A stretch of 64,000 nucleotides of DNA from a virus. Its lineage: Duplodnaviria > Caudoviricetes. The translations under genes were made by a program, and so were the position numbers. The DNA is taken from IMG/VR virus record IMGVR_UViG_3300025723_000013; one strand, given 5' to 3'. Every line of letters starts with the position of its first letter. Positions within the stretch are counted from its first letter, which is position 1. Shown here piece after piece: positions 45,484 through 52,819 of the stretch. The notes under the pieces are model-generated. The model had not been told where the DNA came from, ran no database searches, and was given only the letters and a program-made list of their open reading frames with translations.

Positions 45484-45912
45484 ATGGCCTACATGAATCA
45501 AGAAAGAAAAGCACAGGTTGCACCACTGGTCAAGGCCGTGTTAACACGCTACGGCGTGAAGGGGTCGCTGTCGGTTCGCAACCATATGACACTGTGCCTT
45601 AACATCAAGGCGGGCACGATTGATTTCATTGACAATTTCATCAGCACGGATCAGGCACGGGGTCATGCCCATCCAATGACAGCCGAAACCATCCAGCGCC
45701 TCCGCAACGAGCAGAGCCTAGACGTTAACCCGTACTGGTTCCATGAGCACTTTTCAGATCGCGCTAGAGCATTCCTAAGCGATGTGATGACTGCGCTAAA
45801 GGGTGCGGGTTGGTACGACAAATCGGATGCGCACACGGACCACTTTGACACCGCTTACTATATTAGCATAAGCATTGGTGACTGGAAAAAGCCTTACCAG
45901 CTGATCGCGTAA
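45484..45912 (+). CDS. Conserved phage protein
   Basis: DVNPYW...WYDKSDAHTDHFDTAYYISISIGDWKKPY. Confidence 0.8.
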   Translation: MAYMNQERKAQVAPLVKAVLTRYGVKGSLSVRNHMTLCLNIKAGTIDFIDNFISTDQARGHAHPMTAETIQRLRNEQSLDVNPYWFHEHFSDRARAFLSDVMTALKGAGWYDKSDAHTDHFDTAYYISISIGDWKKPYQLIA

Positions 45913-45976
45913 GTGACTGAATCTTGAGGCAAAACTGGTGCTTGACTATTCCATCACCAGAGACTATAATGATCGC

Positions 45977-46146
45977 ATATTGGCACGTGAGGGCGTCACC
46001 CTCTATTCTGGTCCGGAAGATGAGAAGCCCGTGACAGGGCAGGACCTTACCATTTGGTGCAAATGGCCTTGGCAACAGGACAGTCTTCCCAGGTCGAGAA
46101 GCGGGTGGAAGGTGGCAACACTACAATTACCGCCGCTGGGAAGAAG
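45977..46146 (+). ncRNA. Candidate structured ncRNA with two GCAA tetraloops
   Basis: Own promoter TTGACT(45942)-N17-TATAAT(45965); seven stems; no SD-led ORF. Confidence 0.6.
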
Positions 46147-46163
46147 CTATTAGGAAAAAACCT

Positions 46164-46213
46164 CAAATACCCCGCTGTGTGGGGTTGACAATGCCCACAC
46201 AGCGTGGTACAAT
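46164..46213 (+). promoter_or_regulatory. Motif-fused sigma70 promoter with -35 box inside an 11-bp inverted repeat
   Basis: CGCTGTGTGGG(46173-83) G-TTGACA-ATG CCCACACAGCG(46194-204); TACAAT at 46208. Confidence 0.8.
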
Positions 46214-46281
46214 GCTGTTATCAAATCTAGCCCAGAGGAGAGCCCTAGATTATAACTAGTTGTAGTCAGGGAGAAAACACC

Positions 46282-46563
46282 ATGTATCTTGATGAAAGCA
46301 CTGTGGAAAAAATGCGTGAGCAGTTGGCGCACAGAGACGAGATCATGACCGATGCACTGCGCAAGCGCGACGCGCACCGGCTCATGGCCCAGGAGTATCG
46401 AGATCAGCTGGGTCAAGCACGGGTGCAGATCTCACAGCTGGAGGCACAGATGCAATCCCAGGCCGCGCAGCTGGATCAGCTGCGCACAGACAATCGGGAT
46501 TTGGAAGCGTTCAATCGCATGCTGCAGAAGATGATACGACGTATGGCTCACAAGGACAAATAA
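46282..46563 (+). CDS. Coiled-coil protein
   Basis: 93 aa heptad pattern, GGGAG SD. Confidence 0.7.
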   Translation: MYLDESTVEKMREQLAHRDEIMTDALRKRDAHRLMAQEYRDQLGQARVQISQLEAQMQSQAAQLDQLRTDNRDLEAFNRMLQKMIRRMAHKDK

Positions 46564-46565
46564 AC

Positions 46566-46787
46566 ATGGTCAAGCGAACAAAGATTTTACACGAAGAACT
46601 GGAGTATGTGACCGCGCAACGCAACTGGACACTGGCACAAAAAAACTTTCGCCAGCTCAAACGCCGAGAGGGTGTCACGGACGAAGATCTAGCCCTGGCC
46701 AAACAGCGCCTGGAAGTGTTCAAGTCCCGAGCACAGGAAACCAGCGCAGCGTTGACTCGCGCGGGGCTCAACAAGGGTTCTATCTAG
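46566..46787 (+). CDS. Small hypothetical protein
   Basis: 73 aa, AAGGA SD. Confidence 0.65.
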   Translation: MVKRTKILHEELEYVTAQRNWTLAQKNFRQLKRREGVTDEDLALAKQRLEVFKSRAQETSAALTRAGLNKGSI

Positions 46788-46802
46788 CCACAGGACACAC
46801 AC

Positions 46803-46970
46803 ATGATTACTAACACGTTCATGACACACGCACCCTTTGTGATCGCTGTGCTGTGTGGGATCACAGCCATCCTGGCCCTGGTGCAGGGCCACTCAGACGC
46901 AGCCGGAGCTTGGCTGTTGGCCTTTGCGGGATGGCTCACGGTGCACGTGGAGCGCTTGACACAGCACTAG
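46803..46970 (+). CDS. Small two-TM membrane protein
   Basis: 55 aa MITNTFMTHAPFVIAVLCG..., AGGA SD. Confidence 0.6.
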   Translation: MITNTFMTHAPFVIAVLCGITAILALVQGHSDAAGAWLLAFAGWLTVHVERLTQH

Positions 46971-47008
46971 ATCCTGTTATAATGCACTCACAGTCACACA
47001 CGGAGAGC

Positions 47009-47176
47009 ATGATGGACCCGGCCAACTACCTGGAAAAGAATCGCACTCGCAGCCGCAATCCAGTGGCGCGACATGCCAATCAGTTCAATCGCCCAAGCAC
47101 GCACCCTAGCAAGCAGGATCGTGCTCGCCAGCGCCGACCCAAGTATGGGTTCCAGTTTGATCGGGAGCTGGTATGA
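47009..47176 (+). CDS. Small basic protein
   Basis: RNPVARHANQFNRPSTH; promoter and GGAG SD. Confidence 0.7.
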   Translation: MMDPANYLEKNRTRSRNPVARHANQFNRPSTHPSKQDRARQRRPKYGFQFDRELV

Positions 47177-47436
47177 CACGCGGTGTGCCCGTGCTGTGGC
47201 TGCCCACTGTGGCCTTGGCGGTGCTCATGATCCTGTTGGGTGTGAACCTGGTCAGCCACGTGGCCATGGCCTCTGCTGCTGTGCCCAGCACCATCTCATG
47301 CTACTCGGGCGGTCACGAGATCTATCGAGGGCGGGGTATACAAGTGGAACGCTTGGAGAACAGCTATGTGTACTTTCAAGAAGTGGGCACAGGGCGTGAC
47401 ATTTCCATACGTGCCGACTGCATGATCACCAAATAA
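47173..47436 (+). CDS. Secreted/membrane-anchored small protein
   Basis: N-terminal TM, CYSGG.EIY...ADC; ATGA overlap. Confidence 0.7.
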   Translation: MTRGVPVLWLPTVALAVLMILLGVNLVSHVAMASAAVPSTISCYSGGHEIYRGRGIQVERLENSYVYFQEVGTGRDISIRADCMITK

Positions 47437-47507
47437 ATGGTTGACACAGCCCATAAGGGTTGTATACTACAACAGTTGACAAGGCATTTACCAAGGAGCC
47501 AATCGCA

Positions 47508-47681
47508 ATGCCACGTTTTATCAGCGACGAACATCTGATGGAAGACATCTTCACGCAGACCAATCCTATTGTGAAGTCGGACTTTTTTGATGACGCCAAC
47601 CAGTTTGATGATTGGGAGGAGGATTGGGAAGAGGACAGTGAGCAGACCTGGGCTCACATGGACGCAAACGACCAGGATTGA
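47508..47681 (+). CDS. Highly acidic small protein (possible DNA mimic)
   Basis: 19 D/E versus 2 K/R in 57 aa; AAGGAG SD. Confidence 0.7.
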   Translation: MPRFISDEHLMEDIFTQTNPIVKSDFFDDANQFDDWEEDWEEDSEQTWAHMDANDQD

Positions 47682-47744
47682 GGTTGACACAGCCTGTGCA
47701 CGAACATATACTGCACAGGCTATTTACACACTAGGGAGAACAGT

Positions 47745-47942
47745 ATGACCAGTTACAAGATCCAAGTTACTTTTCCAAACTCGGGCGAGACCCGCACTTT
47801 CCGCAGTGTGCACGCTGTGGCACGCATGCTGAGTGGCACGGGCACTGCATCGGGCGGTCTGCGCCAGCAGATCGTGCACAAGGCCAACGAAGGCTATTGG
47901 GGTCATGACAACATCGTGCGCCGCCACGCGGTAGTGGGCTAG
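47745..47942 (+). CDS. Standalone NUMOD1-like HTH protein; paralog of 42735-42980
   Basis: VTFPNSGETRTFRSVHAVARMLSGTGT.SGG shared. Confidence 0.65.
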   Translation: MTSYKIQVTFPNSGETRTFRSVHAVARMLSGTGTASGGLRQQIVHKANEGYWGHDNIVRRHAVVG

Positions 47943-47948
47943 GGCACA

Positions 47949-47980
47949 CAGGGCCTGCTGATTGGATTCAGCAGGCCCTG
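47949..47980. terminator. 13-bp perfect stem-loop after gene
   Basis: CAGGGCCTGCTGA-TTGGAT-TCAGCAGGCCCTG; weak U-tail. Confidence 0.55.
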
Positions 47981-48002
47981 AACTGTTTTGGTCACAGCAC
48001 CC

Positions 48003-48155
48003 ATGACACACACTAGACCCCAATGCGGCCGTTGCAGTCAGCTGGAGGACCGCATACAACAGCTGAGGGACGCGCTCAAGGCCATACAGGCCCACAGCCA
48101 AAGCACCCCGCAGATTCGAGAGCTGGCCACCCGATCTCTACGGGGCATCATTTAG
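48003..48155 (+). CDS. Small hypothetical protein MTHTRPQCGRC...
   Basis: 50 aa ORF, weak SD. Confidence 0.45.
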   Translation: MTHTRPQCGRCSQLEDRIQQLRDALKAIQAHSQSTPQIRELATRSLRGII

Positions 48156-48309
48156 CAACAGGCTCAAATACCCCGCTGTGTGGGGATCTCCGCTGCTGAT
48201 AAATAAAAACTACCAATACATACAAACGCACTTGCGCACTGTGCACACTGTGTTATAGTGCATGTGTGCGTCAGGTCAGCAACCGCTACCACATATAGGA
48301 GCATAGCCC

Positions 48310-48594
48310 ATGCTAGAAGAAATCAGTACCGAATACGATCCGGAACTAGACGCCCACATCACAAAATATGCCTGCAGCTTTTTGGCCAGCTGCGAGGACC
48401 AAATGGTCAAAGTGACCGGCATCACAGTATGCGACGGCGGCGACTTTGAGGTCATTTGGGTAAAACACAACGGTGACCTGTTGTACCACGACCGTGAGTT
48501 TGAGCATGCTATCAGTCACGCTTTGGGTTATCGTGTACAGTTTACCGAACAAGGCATGCAGGCGCCTAAATCGGCCTGCCTGGAACGAATTTAA
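48310..48594 (+). CDS. Conserved hypothetical phage protein
   Basis: LLYHDREFE..IS..LG..V.FTEQGMQ; AGGAG SD. Confidence 0.75.
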   Translation: MLEEISTEYDPELDAHITKYACSFLASCEDQMVKVTGITVCDGGDFEVIWVKHNGDLLYHDREFEHAISHALGYRVQFTEQGMQAPKSACLERI

Positions 48595-48888
48595 CACAGC
48601 CCAGCGCCGCCTGCACAGCGGCGCTGTTTGGACGCCGCTGCTGCCTCATGGTGTGTGCTGGTCAGCAGTTGAAATCGCAGTGGGGCAGTGTGCTAGATCC
48701 CCAAATACCCCGCTGTGTGGGTTTATATCCGCCCCACTGTTGCAATCTTAAACGTGTGTTTTGATCACGTGGGGCAGCTCCCACTGTTGCCACAAAGCTT
48801 ATAGGAATTTTTGGTGGGATCCGGTTGACAACTCCAGCACCGGCACGCATACTACACACACTGCAAACCAGCAGTGACAGGAGCACAC

Positions 48889-49125
48889 ATGGAACACGTC
48901 AACATTGACTGCTATTTGGAATCACCTGCAAGCACACCCGATCTGGAAGAAGCCTGGGATCTGGACGCACAGTATCCAGGCGAGGATCAGGAGGAATGGG
49001 GCGACTACGAGGACGACAGCGACCGTGAGAATCAGCCCACCGAATACGAGGAGTGGCAGGCCGTGAGTGGCGGCGACGACAACTGGTACGACAACGCAAT
49101 GGAAATCGGCGACCTGGACTACTAG
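48889..49125 (+). CDS. Highly acidic small protein (possible DNA mimic)
   Basis: 27 D/E versus 1 R in 78 aa; own promoter (48825) and AGGAG SD. Confidence 0.75.
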   Translation: MEHVNIDCYLESPASTPDLEEAWDLDAQYPGEDQEEWGDYEDDSDRENQPTEYEEWQAVSGGDDNWYDNAMEIGDLDY

Positions 49126-49133
49126 ACCTCTCC

Positions 49134-49163
49134 AGGGCCTGTTTTGGCAACAGGCCCTTTTTT
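49134..49163 (+). terminator. Intrinsic terminator
   Basis: AGGGCCTGTT-TTGGC-AACAGGCCCT-TTTTT. Confidence 0.85.
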
Positions 49164-49469
49164 AGTGGCCCGCATTTCCCACCAGCACAATCACAGCAGC
49201 AGATGGCAGCAGTGGGGCCGCTGCCCAAATACCCCGCTATCACTATCTCTAAAAATATCTCGCAGTGGCTGGTCGGTACCGCTGTTCCCTGAACCCTGCG
49301 TGTGCATTCAAAAACGCAGCACGTGGGGCGGACACTGCGGCCGTGAACAGCTGGTGCAGTTCCCACAGTGCCGCATGCGAACCCGGCCAGCAGCAGTGGG
49401 GAGGATTAAATAACAGTTGACAGAGGGCGGCTGAACTAGTAAACTGGCTGCACTTAGAGGAGACACACA

Positions 49470-49808
49470 GTGATTGAAACAGTGATCGATTTGATTCCGT
49501 TTGTATTGGTCATGATGAGCGCGGCACAGTTGGTGGTGGTCATGTTGGTGCACAGTGATCTTAAAAACTTATTTGTTAACCTGACTCAACGCCTGGACAG
49601 CTTGAAAGACTCAGAACTTACCATTTCGCAGGGCAACAGCAGCCCAGCGCCCACCACTTTTGCGCATGCGCCCACCACAGCACCCGGTGCGGGCACAGGC
49701 TCTCAAAGTGCAGGCGTGGTTGACCGCCACCCACCCGCACAGACCGCTGGAATCTATGAGGTCAGCGATGCGCAAGTGATCGCAGCGTTGCGAGAGCTGG
49801 ACAAGTAA
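49470..49808 (+). CDS. Membrane-anchored hypothetical protein
   Basis: GTG start, GAGGAG SD, promoter TTGACA-N17-TAAACT at 49416. Confidence 0.65.
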   Translation: MIETVIDLIPFVLVMMSAAQLVVVMLVHSDLKNLFVNLTQRLDSLKDSELTISQGNSSPAPTTFAHAPTTAPGAGTGSQSAGVVDRHPPAQTAGIYEVSDAQVIAALRELDK

Positions 49809-49881
49809 TTGCCGGCGGGGTGCAACGCCCTAGCCCCACCAGGCCGTATACAACCCTAGCTACAATCTGTGGGGTTGAGTT

Positions 49882-49927
49882 GGGCCCCAATGCGCTGTAT
49901 TAAAAGAATATAAATGCAGCGGTGGGG
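49882..49927. repeat. 46-bp dispersed direct repeat, copy 1 (copy 2 at 52506-52551)
   Basis: gggccccaatgcgct(g/c)tattaaaa(g/a)aat(a/c)taaatgcagcggtgggg, 43/46 identical. Confidence 0.9.
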
Positions 49928-50105
49928 TGCAACGACGCAGCCCCACGCAGTGGCCAGTGCAGCTGACCTCGATCCGAGTGTGACTCAGCAGCGCTGGACA
50001 AAAAACACTTGCAAAATACACACACTGTGTTAAATTTGCAGCTGTAGCAATCGGCCAGTGGCTCTGGAGATTGTGCCCAATCAATTAAACACTTGGAGTT
50101 GCAGC

Positions 50106-50324
50106 ATGAACGAACGAATTCGAGAACTGGCTCAACAAGCTGCTGATGGTATGCTTTCTTATGATGCTGAAGGTGAATGGCGTCTTAATCAAAAGGAAGC
50201 GGAAAAGTTCGCCCAGTTGATTGTGAGAGAATGTGTTATAATTGTGGCAGATGCCGTTGACCATCGCGAACCCGCCATCACTTATGCGAGCAAGATTAAA
50301 CAACATTTTGGAGTTGAACAATGA
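50106..50324 (+). CDS. MNERIREL...HFGVEQ family protein
   Basis: Family blocks; GGAG SD. Confidence 0.75.
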   Translation: MNERIRELAQQAADGMLSYDAEGEWRLNQKEAEKFAQLIVRECVIIVADAVDHREPAITYASKIKQHFGVEQ

Positions 50325-50938
50325 CTGAGGAGAAAGCACAAGTGAAAACTGTGATTTGCACTAGTCTTAACAAGATTCGCGCGCGCGTTCCATGCGAGAA
50401 AGGGTGGAAAAAACTACTCGATCATTTGGGTAAAACTAAAGCGGACGATGAACCATTACCGTTTTCCGTAATTGTCGAATCAAACGGACTTGACGACGCG
50501 TTGTGGGCGTGTAGAACAACGCCAGAATATGACCACGAGTGGCGTTTGTTTGCAGTTTGGTGCGCACGACAAGTACAACATTTGATGACTTACCATCAAT
50601 CGGTCGATGCGTTAGATGTCGCATACCGACACGCGAACGGACAAGCAACCAATGAGGAGCTACACGCTGCGCAAAATGCGGCGAAAGATGCAGCGAGAGA
50701 TGCAGCGAGAGATGCGTATCACAAGTCAGTACAGGATGCGGCGTGGGCTGCGGCGTGGGCTGCGGCGAGGGCTGCGCGGTATGCGGCGTCGGCTGTGGCG
50801 GAGTATGCGGGGTGGGCCGCGCGAAATGCGGCGGGGGGTGTGGCGGAGTATGCGGGGTGGGTTGCGTGGGCTGCGGCGAAAGACGCTCAAACACAAAAAT
50901 TTCTGGATGTGGTGTCAAGTGCGCGGGGGGAGAAATGA
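50321..50938 (+). CDS. Phage protein with AAW/AAR alanine-rich repeats
   Basis: PCEKGWKKLL, NGLDDALW, RLFAVWCARQVQHL, AAWAAA repeats. Confidence 0.8.
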   Translation: MTEEKAQVKTVICTSLNKIRARVPCEKGWKKLLDHLGKTKADDEPLPFSVIVESNGLDDALWACRTTPEYDHEWRLFAVWCARQVQHLMTYHQSVDALDVAYRHANGQATNEELHAAQNAAKDAARDAARDAYHKSVQDAAWAAAWAAARAARYAASAVAEYAGWAARNAAGGVAEYAGWVAWAAAKDAQTQKFLDVVSSARGEK

Positions 50939-51063
50939 AACCGCACATGTACGTCTATGTAAACAACCGATTGATCACAGTGGAATCCTGCCTGGAGTTT
51001 GCCATGCCCTATTGGGCTAAACGCAAACAGACCAATAAACGGATCACTTGGAAGTTCCGATAG
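50935..51063 (+). CDS. Small hypothetical protein
   Basis: 42 aa MKPHMYVYVNNRL...AMPYW; ATGA overlap. Confidence 0.6.
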   Translation: MKPHMYVYVNNRLITVESCLEFAMPYWAKRKQTNKRITWKFR

Positions 51064-51147
51064 CGCTGGTACACCCGGGCCAGCGCAGCTGGATCTCGCC
51101 GGGCACACGCGCAACCAGTGTGGGGATCAAATACCCCGCTGCGCTCC

Positions 51148-51286
51148 CACTGCTGGGTGCACGCCGCTAACTTGCGCAATAGGGCTGTGTGCTGTGATCT
51201 CACTGCTGGGTGCACACCGCTGCTGTGTACGCCAAGCGCTGACAAGCTGTGTGCTAAATCTGCTGCGTTCCCACTGCTGGGTGCAC
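51148..51286. repeat. Three copies of 15-mer CACTGCTGGGTGCAC
   Basis: 51148-62, 51201-15, 51272-86. Confidence 0.9.
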
Positions 51287-51321
51287 GATTGCTAGATCGC
51301 GTGGCAGGGATCGCCGTGAAC

Positions 51322-51349
51322 AAAAAAAAAGCGCCGTGATCACGGCGCT
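51322..51349 (-). terminator. Intrinsic terminator (minus strand)
   Basis: Palindrome AGCGCCGT-GATC-ACGGCGCT preceded by A9 on plus strand. Confidence 0.8.
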
Positions 51350-51384
51350 CAACGTAGCGGCTCGAGGCCACTGGCCCCTGGGCG

Positions 51385-51585
51385 TCAGCTGCCCTCCACC
51401 GTGCGCTGCCAGCGCGGACGGCTCTCAATCATGTTCAACACTGCCTGTCGCAGCGCATCCAGATCATGCACAGGACCCTCAATGCGATCCAGCTCTGCAC
51501 CGCCCTGATGTATGCGGCCCGAAATCAACCACTGCATGGTGTTGTGGCTCACTGCTTGATCTTGGAAACGTATCTGTCTGCTCAT
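51385..51585 (-). CDS. Small hypothetical protein
   Basis: AAGGAG SD, TTGCAC-N17-CATAAT promoter (51646-51618) and downstream terminator. Confidence 0.7.
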   Translation of the reverse strand: MSRQIRFQDQAVSHNTMQWLISGRIHQGGAELDRIEGPVHDLDALRQAVLNMIESRPRWQRTVEGS

Positions 51586-51814
51586 CGCTACTGCTCCTTG
51601 CTGTTGCTGGAATCTGTATTATGCACAACCCGCCGGCCCTGTGCAACCTCTCGTGTGTCGAGTTGTGTTAAGTTGTGTCGAGTTTCCCACCCGCACCTCG
51701 CGTGTGCTGCGTTCCCACTGGCCCTGTTTCCCACTCGCGCTGCTGTTGCACAGTTTCCCAAGGGCTCTCGCAGGGCCGGTGTGCGCCGTGTGCGACGGCT
51801 TTTTTCATTGTGTT

Positions 51815-51843
51815 AGTATAGCATCAGTCCCACCCGATGTCAA
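51815..51843 (-). promoter_or_regulatory. Near-consensus sigma70 promoter (minus strand)
   Basis: TTGACA-N17-TATACT, ATG 6 nt downstream. Confidence 0.75.
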
Positions 51844-52060
51844 CTCTGCGTGCACACTTTATGCGGGGTTGCAGAGCCCCGGCTGCGGCGTCTGCGCTTG
51901 CGCACGCAGTTTTGTAAAGCGCGTGGGAGTTAGTCAAGCAGTCCAGCTCACAGCTGCGCACACGCACTGCGGGCCTGCCCGGCACTGGCGCAGTGGGATC
52001 CGGTTGACAGCCGGTCTGCGCGAGTGCATACTGCATGCACACTCGCGCAAGGAGACCAAC

Positions 52061-52147
52061 ATGTGCTCGTTATTGACTTATCTAGTGATCAGCTGTGTGA
52101 CCGCACTCGTAGTGGCACAAGTGATCCACTGGGGCAACGGAGACTAG
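52061..52147 (+). CDS. 28-aa hydrophobic peptide
   Basis: TTGACA(52004)-N17-CATACT promoter, AAGGAG SD. Confidence 0.55.
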   Translation: MCSLLTYLVISCVTALVVAQVIHWGNGD

Positions 52148-52305
52148 CAGCCCACCCGGCTGTGTGCGCACACCCGGCCCCCGGGTGTGCGGCCGCTGTG
52201 CCGGCTGACCCCCACTGCTGTGCACTAGCACAGCTAACGCCTGCGGTGGGGCCGCTGTATTAAACCCCTGCTGCGATTGCGTAACTGCGAGATTTCTGCA
52301 CTGGA

Positions 52306-52509
52306 CCCCCGCTGCTGCTGCGTTAAGCTGTTGTATTCCTGCACCGGGGCCCCAGCTGTTATTGCGCTAGCACATCAATTCCTGCACCGGGGCTGTGTGT
52401 GCCGGGCCCCCGCTGCTGCTGCGTTAAGCTGTTGTATTCCTGCACCGGGGCTGTGTGTGCCGGGCCCCCGCTGCTGCTGCGTTAAGCTGTTGTATTCCTG
52501 CACCGGGGC
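52306..52509. repeat. Three copies of a 45-bp GC-rich unit (58-bp period for last two)
   Basis: cccccgctgctgctgcgttaagctgttgtattcctgcaccggggc at 52306, 52407, 52465. Confidence 0.9.
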
Positions 52510-52769
52510 CCCAATGCGCTCTATTAAAAAAATCTAAATGCAGCGGTGGGGCTGTGCCGGTCCCCACCCGACCGGTATACTAGCTAGCAAGCTAGCCCGT
52601 GTTGCGTGCGGCAAGCCCGTTTTTTCTCACCACCGTTTTTCAATCCCGGGGTCGCAAAATCACCGGGGGTGGAGATCTCCGGGGCCTTTTTTATTTGCGT
52701 AACAATTTTTTGGCACTGTATAGACCGGGCCCTGCTCAATTCCTCACCCCCTCACGGGAGGCCCCTTTG

Positions 52770-52791
52770 AAAAATTTGCGCGCAAATTTTT
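52770..52791. repeat. 22-bp perfect palindrome
   Basis: AAAAATTTGCG|CGCAAATTTTT. Confidence 0.9.
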
Positions 52792-52819
52792 TGAGCCCTT
52801 ATAGAGGCCCCAGCCCTGG

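Noticed and set aside
46008-46020. GGTCCGGAAG match to SRP RNA helix 8
   Set aside because: Only 10 nt; the conserved GAAGCAG partner and long SRP rod are missing, GGTCC pairs elsewhere
51682-51760. CsrA/RsmA sponge RNA
   Set aside because: Repeats are TGGGA rather than ANGGA and not clearly in hairpin loops; kept only as generic sponge candidate
51148-52509. CRISPR array
   Set aside because: Repeats of 15 and 45 nt, spacers unequal (38/56; 56/13) and partly repeated, only three units each, no cas genes in window
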